Shown here: positions 27,850 through 35,937 of the stretch, piece after piece
Position numbering within the stretch: the stretch's first letter is position 1
Layout: each line of letters starts with the position of its first letter
NCBI GenBank assembly: GCA_018814305.1
Contig: JAHJAA010000079.1
Span: 10,130 to 74,129, forward strand
DNA from: Pseudomonadota bacterium
GTDB taxonomy: Bacteria; Desulfobacterota; Desulfobulbia; Desulfobulbales; JAGXFP01
Reading direction: 5' to 3'
Length of the DNA: 64,000 nucleotides
Notes under the pieces: model-generated
Databases searched by the model: none
What the model was told of the DNA's origin: nothing
The model's input: the letters and a program-made list of their open reading frames with translations, nothing else
Made by a program: the position numbers and the translations under genes

Positions 27850-28446
27850 ATGGCGGATGTGCTTATTTTTCAAGGAAGTCCGAGGAAAAAAGGGAATACG
27901 GAAACCCTGATTGAAGCCGTAATAGATGGGATAGCGAGTGGAGGTGGAACCAGTGAGCTGATCCGGTTGGCCGAACTGAATATTCATCCCTGTATCGGAT
28001 GTGGTGGTTGTGATAAGAAAGGGCGCTGTGTGGTTAAGGATGATATGACCCCTCTTTATGAAAAGATTATGGCAGCCCGGCGGGTGATTCTTGCCTCACC
28101 AATTTATTTTTACTCGATTACCGCCCAGGCCAAGGCCTTTGTCGACCGCTGTCAGGCCTTGTGGAGTTTGAAACATATTAAAAAGGCTGAAGGTATTTGG
28201 AGGGACGATCCTGATCGCAAGGGGTATTTGGTTTCCGTGGCCGCTACCCGAGGGGAGCGGGTTTTTGAGGGGGCTGTTCTGGTGATGAAATATGCCTGTG
28301 ATGCCATGGGGATTGGATATGGAGGGGACCTCTTGGTTAAAGGGGTTGATCGCCGCGGTGAGATGGCCAACAATGCCGGAGAATTGACGAGGGGTAAAGA
28401 ATTCGGTCGTTATTGTGTTGAATTAACCCTTGAGTCGCGGCCATAA
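27850..28446 (+). CDS. flavodoxin-like NADPH-dependent FMN reductase / iron-sulfur flavoprotein family protein
   Basis: MADVLIFQGSPRKKGNTE..., a Cys cluster CIGCGGCDKKGRC, and SPIYFYSITAQAKAFVDR. Start placed at ATG 27850. Confidence 0.7.
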   Translation: MADVLIFQGSPRKKGNTETLIEAVIDGIASGGGTSELIRLAELNIHPCIGCGGCDKKGRCVVKDDMTPLYEKIMAARRVILASPIYFYSITAQAKAFVDRCQALWSLKHIKKAEGIWRDDPDRKGYLVSVAATRGERVFEGAVLVMKYACDAMGIGYGGDLLVKGVDRRGEMANNAGELTRGKEFGRYCVELTLESRP

Positions 28447-28495
28447 ACTTGTTGACAAAAATCACTGATTTATTTAAAAGAGACCACCATTCTAT

Positions 28496-28572
28496 GGCCC
28501 CTTCGTCTAGCGGTTCAGGACATTGGCCTCTCACGCCGAAGATCACGGGTTCGAATCCCGTAGGGGTCACCA
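28496..28572 (+). tRNA. tRNA-Glu (anticodon CTC)
   Basis: GGCCCCTTCGTCTAGCGGTTCAGGACATTGGCCTCTCACGCCGAAGATCACGGGTTCGAATCCCGTAGGGGTCACCA. It folds as a cloverleaf with anticodon loop CTCTCAC and an encoded CCA. Confidence 0.9.
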
Positions 28573-28597
28573 AAAAATATCTAACGATTTAAAATTG

Positions 28598-28927
28598 TTA
28601 GCTTAGTTTAGTGGGCAGGATATCCGCAATTGTGACTACAATTGTGACTATTTTGCCCATTTTTTTTGTCTCAACTCCAGTAAAACGGTTTTCAAAGGTC
28701 TGTCCGTTCTGTTTGGTTAGATTTGGAATATAGCGGCCGTATGTCCGGTAAACCATCGATGTATCCACATGGCCTAACGCCCTGGCTACCCGGTCTCTTC
28801 TTAAGGCTCTCCGGGCTGAAGGCTGCTGTTGCAACTCCCCTGAACTCAGTGAAGTCATGAGGGCATGAACCGTCCGAATGAGTTTACTTGAAAAAAAATG
28901 GGGCTGCCTCGGATGAGACAGCCCCAT
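28598..28927 (-). pseudogene. C-terminal remnant of a tyrosine recombinase/integrase
   Basis: 109-aa ORF containing ...VHALMTSLSSGE...ARALGHVDTSMVYRTYGRYIP, like the last catalytic box (GH...M...Y) of phage-type integrases. About 250 N-terminal residues are missing. It ends 26 bp from the tRNA-Glu 3' end. Confidence 0.55.
28627..28650. repeat. perfect 12-bp tandem direct repeat CAATTGTGACTA x2
   Basis: Read directly from the sequence, 55-78 bp downstream of the tRNA-Glu 3' end, inside the tail of the integrase remnant. Confidence 0.7.
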
Positions 28928-28953
28928 GAACAGACACGAGCTATGAATCGGTG

Positions 28954-31353
28954 TTAATACCTTTCGTTGGCTGTCCCAATCTCATCATCCTTATTGATGA
29001 GTAAGTTGATGGCATCAGCCTTCTCGTCTGCGGTGAAATCGGTTGTTTCAGCCAGGCCATTCAAGGTGGTCAGCACTGAATAATTCAGAATGCCGTCATC
29101 AAGAAAATCGATCGAATCATAGAGCAGCCGACGAACGTATTGACGGTTATGGATTACCCCACCTGGATCACCGGTCAAAAGGTTGAAGTTAAAAGCGGCT
29201 CCCAATGTATCTTCTCCCGATACCGTTACCGCTGAGCTGTTCACCTGAATTGTGGTCCAGTCACCCTTGGTGAAATAGGGGTAATTGCCCAGGTAGGGAT
29301 GCCCCGCGGTATCAAGCAGGATGGCCAGGGCCTTAATGGAGGCCTGATAACGGGCATGGTAGGTCTTGGCCGGATAGGTATCTTCGGCATCGGGGCGACC
29401 AAGCCAGGTGGGTCCGGCGTTGGTTCCTTCGCCTCGTTTATCGTGGCAAACGACGCAGACAGGGTTTAAAGCCAGATCGTTGGCGGCATAATGGGTCAAG
29501 GGGCTCAGGGTATGAGAGCCGTCCTTGCTGTCGAAATGGCAGGTGACGCAGGGGCCTTCTTCATACTCGTCATCGATTTCCGCCTCGCCGGTGGTGCCCA
29601 TGCCGAGGGTCGTATGCTCATGGGAGCCCACATTGGCATCAACCGCACTGTTGGTATAGTCACGGCCACTGAAATGATACCCTGACTCTGCGTAAAGGAT
29701 CCCGGCGGCCGCGAGGTAATGGGAGCTGACCGGATCGGCATTGGTATAATCGGTGGTCAACACGGCAATGCTCTTGCCACTTTCTCGTCCGGAGTGACAG
29801 GGGATGCAGACATTGGAACCATTGGCATCTGGATAGGTAGAGGCAGCCAGGCCTTTACCATAATCCGAGGTGAAAGCACCGGGCGCGCGGAGAGTGCCGG
29901 TATAGTCGGAATGGCAGCCCCAGCAGTAGAGCAGCTCTTTCTGTAATTTGGTGTAGGTATACCCACCTTGACCCCAATTGGCACCGGCATCCCAAGTCCT
30001 CTCCATCGTGATGGTCGGGAATTTGCCGTCGGCGTCGTAGAGTGATTTGATGGCCGCCGGATCTGCTGTGGTTGGGGCAGGGATGGCGGTGGGGTCGAAA
30101 TCGGCAGCGGCATTCCCGGCCTTGAGGTAGTCGAGGAAGGCGGCGACACCGGTGGCGGTATGACAACGAACACAGTCCGTTCGTTCATCGGTGGTCCAAG
30201 GGTATTCGACCCAGGGAGGGGCCTCTTCTTCGGTGACCCCGGCGGCGCGGACGGCAATGGCCTGTTCAAGAGTGTTATCCTCCGCCGATTTAGCCGCCTC
30301 TTCTTTCACCTCACCGAGAAATCCTCCATGGCCACTCTTGGCCCACTGCTCATGGATGGTGGTATCGGCAGTATGGACATTATGGCAATTCCGGCAGGCC
30401 CGGCGACTGGTGGGGTCGACCCCGACACCTTCAATCACATTCACTGTATCCGGATTGTCGTAATGGGTTGAGGCCATGACCCGATCCCAACGGGCGGCGT
30501 GATAAACTACGTCACCACTGGCACCGTCGTCGGTTTCTGCATAATAGTTGACCTCCGTGCCGAGTTGGGCGTCCATGGCCTGGTGGCAGGTGGTGCAGGT
30601 ATTGTATTCGGTGGAGGCGGTGGTGGTTTTGTCTCTCAGCAGCTCTTTGGGATTATGGGGATTATGGCAGGTTCGGCATTGAATGATGGCGGGTCGGCTC
30701 ACGGCTGCGGCCTCTGACTCGATCTCCTCAACGGTGTTGGCATCTCGATATCGTCTGGCTCCTTGGTCGGTATGGCATTTGGAACAGACCGGAGAACTGA
30801 TCAAAGTGGCGTAGAAATGTCTGCCTGACGAATAATCTTCGACGATATTATCGGCGACGGGTTTATAGTTATCTTGGTGGAATTGATTGTTATCCAGGTT
30901 TTTATCATGGCATTGTCCGCAGGCGGTATAATCCGGTTCCTTGGTGGGGATGTCACCTCCAAGCCAATGGTCTGAACCGGCGCCATGACAATTTTCACAG
31001 GTGACGGCTGTCATCCCTTCGGCCGGAACGTCGGCTGGATCGATGATGTTTTCAAGCAGTCTCCCGTCGCCAATGGGATCATGACATTCCAGGCAGCCAT
31101 CGGCGGCATCGGCAGCGGTGACTTCATCCCCTTGGAGCACATGGGGACTTTCGAGAAAATCAGCGACATAGTCGGCGCTCCAGTCAAATCCTTGATGACA
31201 GCCGATGCATTGATTTACGCCTGCGTATCCCTCAGGGGCTGCCGTTTCCTGACTCGAAACGGCACGATTTGAATCAAGATCGGTACCACAACCTCCCAAC
31301 GCGACCAGCATGGTTATTGCTATCCCGAGAGATGAACGCTTCATCCGTCTCAT
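28954..31353 (-). CDS. multihaem c-type cytochrome lipoprotein (13 CxxCH motifs)
   Basis: The 13 motifs are CIGCH, CLECH, CENCH, CGQCH, CSKCH, CRTCH, CTTCH, CRNCH, CVRCH, CWGCH, CIPCH, CVTCH and CVVCH. Lipobox signal is MRRMKRSSLGIAITMLVALGGC. ATG 31353 is preceded by AGGAGG (31360-31365 on the minus strand). Confidence 0.85.
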   Translation of the reverse strand: MRRMKRSSLGIAITMLVALGGCGTDLDSNRAVSSQETAAPEGYAGVNQCIGCHQGFDWSADYVADFLESPHVLQGDEVTAADAADGCLECHDPIGDGRLLENIIDPADVPAEGMTAVTCENCHGAGSDHWLGGDIPTKEPDYTACGQCHDKNLDNNQFHQDNYKPVADNIVEDYSSGRHFYATLISSPVCSKCHTDQGARRYRDANTVEEIESEAAAVSRPAIIQCRTCHNPHNPKELLRDKTTTASTEYNTCTTCHQAMDAQLGTEVNYYAETDDGASGDVVYHAARWDRVMASTHYDNPDTVNVIEGVGVDPTSRRACRNCHNVHTADTTIHEQWAKSGHGGFLGEVKEEAAKSAEDNTLEQAIAVRAAGVTEEEAPPWVEYPWTTDERTDCVRCHTATGVAAFLDYLKAGNAAADFDPTAIPAPTTADPAAIKSLYDADGKFPTITMERTWDAGANWGQGGYTYTKLQKELLYCWGCHSDYTGTLRAPGAFTSDYGKGLAASTYPDANGSNVCIPCHSGRESGKSIAVLTTDYTNADPVSSHYLAAAGILYAESGYHFSGRDYTNSAVDANVGSHEHTTLGMGTTGEAEIDDEYEEGPCVTCHFDSKDGSHTLSPLTHYAANDLALNPVCVVCHDKRGEGTNAGPTWLGRPDAEDTYPAKTYHARYQASIKALAILLDTAGHPYLGNYPYFTKGDWTTIQVNSSAVTVSGEDTLGAAFNFNLLTGDPGGVIHNRQYVRRLLYDSIDFLDDGILNYSVLTTLNGLAETTDFTADEKADAINLLINKDDEIGTANERY

Positions 31354-32015
31354 TCGCTTCCTCCTAATAGTGATAAATAGAATGCACTCTTTAAATGTAG
31401 TAAAGTTTTCAGGAAGTGTCCTTTTGAGTCTAGCAAACACCCTTCATACAGAGAAGAAAAAAACAGCTGATGGTGAATGCGTTTCCAGGGCCGTTATCCG
31501 CTGGATATATGGTGACCATTTCGGATGGGAAGGTCCTTGGCAGACTAATCCCCAATTTTCGTCATAGTGTCGAAAGTTATTTTCATATAATGAGACCCTG
31601 AGGCGGCTGTCAATACAAAATCTTGGTAAATGGTCGAGCTGCCCGGCCAAAACACCCAACTAAATCTATAAAAAGAGGGAGTTCCCCCTGGTCCGATGGA
31701 GTTGGCGAAGGGTGATCTGATCTCAGTAATAATGTATTGAAATTGATTGTTAAGTCAAGCTCAGGCAGGTCTTCAGGACATTGGGTGAGCTTTGGCAACT
31801 ATGGAATTTACGTTGAACTCTATAAAATCTCATTTAATGGAGACCTTATTTGCGCTTTTGGTAACAGTATCAATAAAATCTTGTGTTATAAAAAAAATTC
31901 TGGTTAGTATTCGATATTATTGGTGAAGATTACTTGTTTTGCGATATAAGATTTTTATCGAACGATTTTGAGTATACTTTCGGGGAAGATATCTTTTGAT
32001 GAGGAGGGTTTTGCT

Positions 32016-32492
32016 GTGAGACGAATCATTTTATTGATCACGGTGCTGTTGGCTTGGTCTGGTTTCGTTACCGGAGCTGAATTGAAGGTTATGGTTCCAA
32101 TTGATGATTTTAAACAGATGAAGTCACGTCTGGACTCACTTGAGTCGGAAAACGTCCAATTGAAACAAGAGGTCCGGACCTTAAACCGTCAGGGGGATGG
32201 GACTCAGGTTGAGTCCATGAAAGGCCGTCTTGAGTCTCTAGAACAGGAAAACAACCAACTCCGCCAACAAGCCTCTGCTGTTGAGAGTAAAGCGGTAGCC
32301 CCAGTGACTGATTCCGAGATGGGGGTGAAGATCAGCTCTTTGGAACAGGAAAACTATAACTTGAGACGGCGAGTTCTGGTGCTCAAGGATGAAGGACTTG
32401 CTGCATCCTATTCCGAAGATCGGCGGTCTGCAAAACATGTTTATTCGTCTTCAAGGGGACATGATTACACGAAGAATGTGTTTAAATTTTAA
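32016..32492 (+). CDS. secreted coiled-coil repeat protein (hypothetical)
   Basis: GTG 32016 lies 8 nt after AGGAGG and begins the signal peptide VRRIILLITVLLAWSGFVTGA. Three ~33-aa repeats carry the core L(D/E)SLE(S/Q)EN.QL(K/R)Q. A terminator follows. Confidence 0.65.
   Translation: MRRIILLITVLLAWSGFVTGAELKVMVPIDDFKQMKSRLDSLESENVQLKQEVRTLNRQGDGTQVESMKGRLESLEQENNQLRQQASAVESKAVAPVTDSEMGVKISSLEQENYNLRRRVLVLKDEGLAASYSEDRRSAKHVYSSSRGHDYTKNVFKF
32118..32390 (+). repeat. three tandem ~100-nt coding repeats (33-34 aa heptad-like units) inside the coiled-coil gene
   Basis: The three units are MKSRLDSLESENVQLKQEVRTL..., MKGRLESLEQENNQLRQQAS... and MGVKISSLEQENYNLRRRVL... Confidence 0.7.
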
Positions 32493-32540
32493 TATCGAGT
32501 CCGCCTCATTGGGGTGAGATTCTGTAACGCTTTGCTTCAA

Positions 32541-32578
32541 GGCCGGTGACTTTTCCGAAGTCCACCGGCCTTTTTTTT
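32541..32578 (+). terminator. rho-independent terminator
   Basis: Stem GGCCGGTG / CACCGGCC followed by T8. Confidence 0.7.
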
Positions 32579-32775
32579 GTGAGTACCAGGGTGGATTCAT
32601 TTAGCTCTGGGGGTATTTGAAGCGTTTTGTTGAAGATCAAGAGACCCTCCCATTTCAGCCATTAAATCGTGACCCCGGGTGGGGTGCGGAGAGGCTGGCG
32701 AGGGGATTGAATGGTGGGGGAAAAGTATCCAGGCAAACAGCTATCGACTGGATGGGGATGGGTGGTTTTTCCCAA

Positions 32776-34623
32776 TTACAATGAAGTCAGGGTCTGTTTC
32801 GCAAAAAGGTTTCCTTTTTCGGCGGACTTTTGATAGTAGCCTTTTGCCTGATCCATGTTTCTGGCGAGTCCTGACCCGGTTTCGCTAAGATACCCAAGAA
32901 AGTATAGGGCCATGGGTTGTCCGGCATCGGCGGCTTTTTCCCACCAGCGGACCGCCTTAGTAGTGTCCTGCCCAGTCCCTTTGCCGAGATAGGCCATCAG
33001 GCCGAGTCGGTACAGGGCATCGATGTTTCCGGCTTTCCCTGCTCGGTTATACCAGTCTTGAGCTGCCTTCAAATCGGGTTTGTCGCTACTCCCGGTTTCC
33101 AGGCGCATTCCCAGGATGTATTGAGCCTCGACAATGCCTTGTTTGGCTGCCTCTTCAAACCACTTGGTCGCCTCTTTTTCATTCTTGGTGATCCCCTTGC
33201 CATTACTGAGTAGCAGGGCAACTTCGTATTGGGCTTGAGCATGACCGGCCTGGGCAGCCTTGGCGTACCATGTTGCTGCCTCTTTGAATTCTCCTTGTTC
33301 CTTCAGTAGGATGGCGAGTGGGAGTTGGGCTTTGTCTATTCCTTGCAGAGCGGCGAGGCGAAACCATTTTATGGCCTCGGATGATGATCTTTTTACGCCG
33401 ATGCCTTGCGAATAATAACTACCGGCAAGGAATCGAGCTTCGCCGTGACCCTGTTTGGCTGCATTCAAGTACCATTTCAGGGCCAGCCCTGGATCTTGTT
33501 TTCGGCCCTTGCCTGAATCATATTGTTGGGCAAGGTTGAATTGGGCGGCTACATCGCCTGATTCGGCGGATTGGACAATGAGGCTGTCCACCGCTGGTTG
33601 ATATCCCTGTCTGGCCGACTGATTCAAAAGGGCCAGGGCTTTAGAGGTGCTTTTTTCGATCCCGTCACCTGTACTATACAGGGTAGCCAAGGCGAATTGT
33701 CCTTCGGCGTTACCGAGGTCGGCGGCCTGTTGGAACCATTTTGCCGCCTCAGAACTTGATTTTTTTACTCCGTCCCCTGAAAGGTGCATTGTTCCCATGA
33801 GAAAGCAGGCTTCCGGGTCGTTCGTGCCGAGGGCCGTGGAAAATTCGTATTGAGCTTCAACATGGCCTTGGCGGGCCGCTTTAAAGATCCAGATGATGGC
33901 CTCATTGGAATTCTTTTCTACCCCTGTCCCGGATTCGAAATTTTTACCCAACTTATATTGGGCATTGGCATCACCCGTTTCTGCTAACTTAAGGAGTTTT
34001 TGGTTTGAGGTGTCGAGGCCTGTTTTCCTGTTGATTGGTTCCTCAGCTTTTGCTGTAGAGGTTGTGACTGAAATGGAAAATTTATCAGCAAGAATTTTTG
34101 CGGCTTGTGGTTGACCCTGTTCCGCTGCCATCCTTAACAATCGGATCGCTTCTGTCTTGTCTGCCGGGATTTCGGCGCTGTCCTCTGTGTAGAGTTTTCC
34201 CAGAAGATAGAGTGCTTCGGTGTGGCCTTGTTCAACTGCGAGTTTGAGCCACTTAAGGGCCTCAGGGAGGTTTTTTTCTGAACCGTTCTCGGTGAGGTAC
34301 ATCTTTCCCATCAGAACAAAGGCTTCTGGATTGCCGTTTTCTAATGCGGAACCGAATTTGATCTGGGCATCAATTTGGCCTTGTTTCGCGGCCTTCTGAT
34401 ACCATTTGAGCGATTCGGCAGGATCTTTGTTCACTCCATTGCCGTTTTCGTAAAGATGGCCCAGTTCGTACTGGGCTTGAGGGTCCCCTTGCTCTGCTGC
34501 TTTGGTGAGATTTTGCAGGTCTGCAGCCCAGATGGATGTGCTAAAAAAACAGGACAAAACAAGACAAAGTAAGAACTCAGCGAGGGCGGTTGATGTTTCT
34601 CGGGAGGTGTTTTTTTTGTTCAT
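32776..34623 (-). CDS. Sel1-like repeat (SLR/TPR-like) protein with signal peptide
   Basis: 615 aa with more than 12 repeats of the pattern AQY.LG..Y..G.GV.K....A.KW..KAA.QG. Hydrophobic N-terminal signal. Confidence 0.85.
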   Translation of the reverse strand: MNKKNTSRETSTALAEFLLCLVLSCFFSTSIWAADLQNLTKAAEQGDPQAQYELGHLYENGNGVNKDPAESLKWYQKAAKQGQIDAQIKFGSALENGNPEAFVLMGKMYLTENGSEKNLPEALKWLKLAVEQGHTEALYLLGKLYTEDSAEIPADKTEAIRLLRMAAEQGQPQAAKILADKFSISVTTSTAKAEEPINRKTGLDTSNQKLLKLAETGDANAQYKLGKNFESGTGVEKNSNEAIIWIFKAARQGHVEAQYEFSTALGTNDPEACFLMGTMHLSGDGVKKSSSEAAKWFQQAADLGNAEGQFALATLYSTGDGIEKSTSKALALLNQSARQGYQPAVDSLIVQSAESGDVAAQFNLAQQYDSGKGRKQDPGLALKWYLNAAKQGHGEARFLAGSYYSQGIGVKRSSSEAIKWFRLAALQGIDKAQLPLAILLKEQGEFKEAATWYAKAAQAGHAQAQYEVALLLSNGKGITKNEKEATKWFEEAAKQGIVEAQYILGMRLETGSSDKPDLKAAQDWYNRAGKAGNIDALYRLGLMAYLGKGTGQDTTKAVRWWEKAADAGQPMALYFLGYLSETGSGLARNMDQAKGYYQKSAEKGNLFAKQTLTSL

Positions 34624-34920
34624 AGTGTTATTCTCTGAAGTTGGTCATGTGAAATGATTAAAAAATCAATTTTCCAATTATAGCATAAATATGTATAATT
34701 GTAGCAATTTGTTCTTTTATCTATTAATAAGTTATAACAAAATTTATTTGCTCGATTGAGAAACTTTCATTAATCTGTTTGGTGCAGTGGGCAGGTGCAC
34801 TCCTGACCGGAGTTCTCCCTTGGCAACACCGGGGATGGGAAAGGACGGCCGTGGGCATTGGATTTTTTTAAATTACAGAGTGATATGGTATCGGATTAAA
34901 TCTGGGGAAGGAGAAATGGA

Positions 34921-35937
34921 ATGAGTCGAGACAAATACCTTGTGAAATTGGCCCTGTTCAGCAGTTTGCTGGCCGCCACTTTCATGGTCGGTTGCGTTAA
35001 GCCGTTGAGTAAATTGAAGGAACCGCGTCCCATTATTCCCATCCAAGAGTACGAAAAACAACTGTTGGGGAAATTGACATCTGATTATGTCGGAAACGAG
35101 AATTGCCTGAAGGGCTGTCATACCCATGACAAAATTGCCCTGGATTTCAAATCCAGTACAATGGGGGATCTCCTTGAACAAACATCATCGGGGATGCAGA
35201 TCGTAGACTGTGAGTCCTGTCACGGACCTGCCAGCGAGATGATGGATGCCATGGTCGGTCTCAAGGAAGAGGTTAATAAAAAAGAGATTATTGCCGCCCA
35301 TAAGGAAAACCTTCTTGATTATGCAGAATTACCATCCGGTGCCAAGTCTTTGGTGTGTTTGAAATGCCATACGGCTAATGCAACATTCAACATTCATAAT
35401 TGGAATGCGAGTTCTCATGCCGCAAATGAGGTGACCTGCTACAACTGCCATCCGATTCATGCCAGTGCCGATTTGATCACCGAACCTCGGGCCGTTGAGC
35501 AATTATGTCTTGGTTGCCATCTCGATGTCAGCGCCCAATTTTCATTACCCAGTCGACACCCGGTGAAGGAAGGGAAAATTTATTGTATTGACTGTCACGA
35601 TCCTCATGGTACCTCGACGGCCAAAGATCTTCGGGAAATGACCACCAAGGAATCCTGTGGCCGCTGTCATACCGAGAAGGTAGGTCCTTTTCTTTACGAG
35701 CATGGTGATATTACCGAAGAGTGCACCACCTGCCATGCCGCACATGGGTCAGCCAACAATAACCTTCTGAAATATCCGGTTACTTTCCTCTGTAAACAAT
35801 GTCATCCCCAACATCGGATGAGTTCGGATGATTTTGGCGAAAAGAGCCAAACATTTACCCGATGTACGGACTGTCACTCCATGGTCCACGGTTCGGATGT
35901 TCCAGGTGTGAGTTCAAATGGGGGGTTAACACGATGA
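34921..35937 (+). CDS. decahaem c-type cytochrome, DmsE/MtrA/PioA-like (9 CxxCH + 1 CxxxCH), with lipobox
   Basis: Haem motifs are CLKGCH, CESCH, CLKCH, CYNCH, CLGCH, CIDCH, CGRCH, CTTCH, CKQCH and CTDCH. The signatures GPFLYEHG...CTTCHAAHGS and CTDCHSMVHGSD are typical of the family. N-terminal signal is ...LLAATFMVGC. RBS GGAAGGA lies upstream. Confidence 0.85.
   Translation: MSRDKYLVKLALFSSLLAATFMVGCVKPLSKLKEPRPIIPIQEYEKQLLGKLTSDYVGNENCLKGCHTHDKIALDFKSSTMGDLLEQTSSGMQIVDCESCHGPASEMMDAMVGLKEEVNKKEIIAAHKENLLDYAELPSGAKSLVCLKCHTANATFNIHNWNASSHAANEVTCYNCHPIHASADLITEPRAVEQLCLGCHLDVSAQFSLPSRHPVKEGKIYCIDCHDPHGTSTAKDLREMTTKESCGRCHTEKVGPFLYEHGDITEECTTCHAAHGSANNNLLKYPVTFLCKQCHPQHRMSSDDFGEKSQTFTRCTDCHSMVHGSDVPGVSSNGGLTR

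Noticed and set aside
31441-31967. Possible sRNA or small ORFs (31444-31659, 31610-31798) in the spacer upstream of the 13-haem cytochrome
   Set aside because: No terminator-bounded structure or conserved RNA motif was recognised. The ORFs lack an RBS and have implausible composition.
35862-35933. Upstream start of the porin ORF inside the cytochrome gene
   Set aside because: The signal peptide begins at ATG 35934, which forms an ATGA overlap with the cytochrome stop. The extension has no signal-peptide character.
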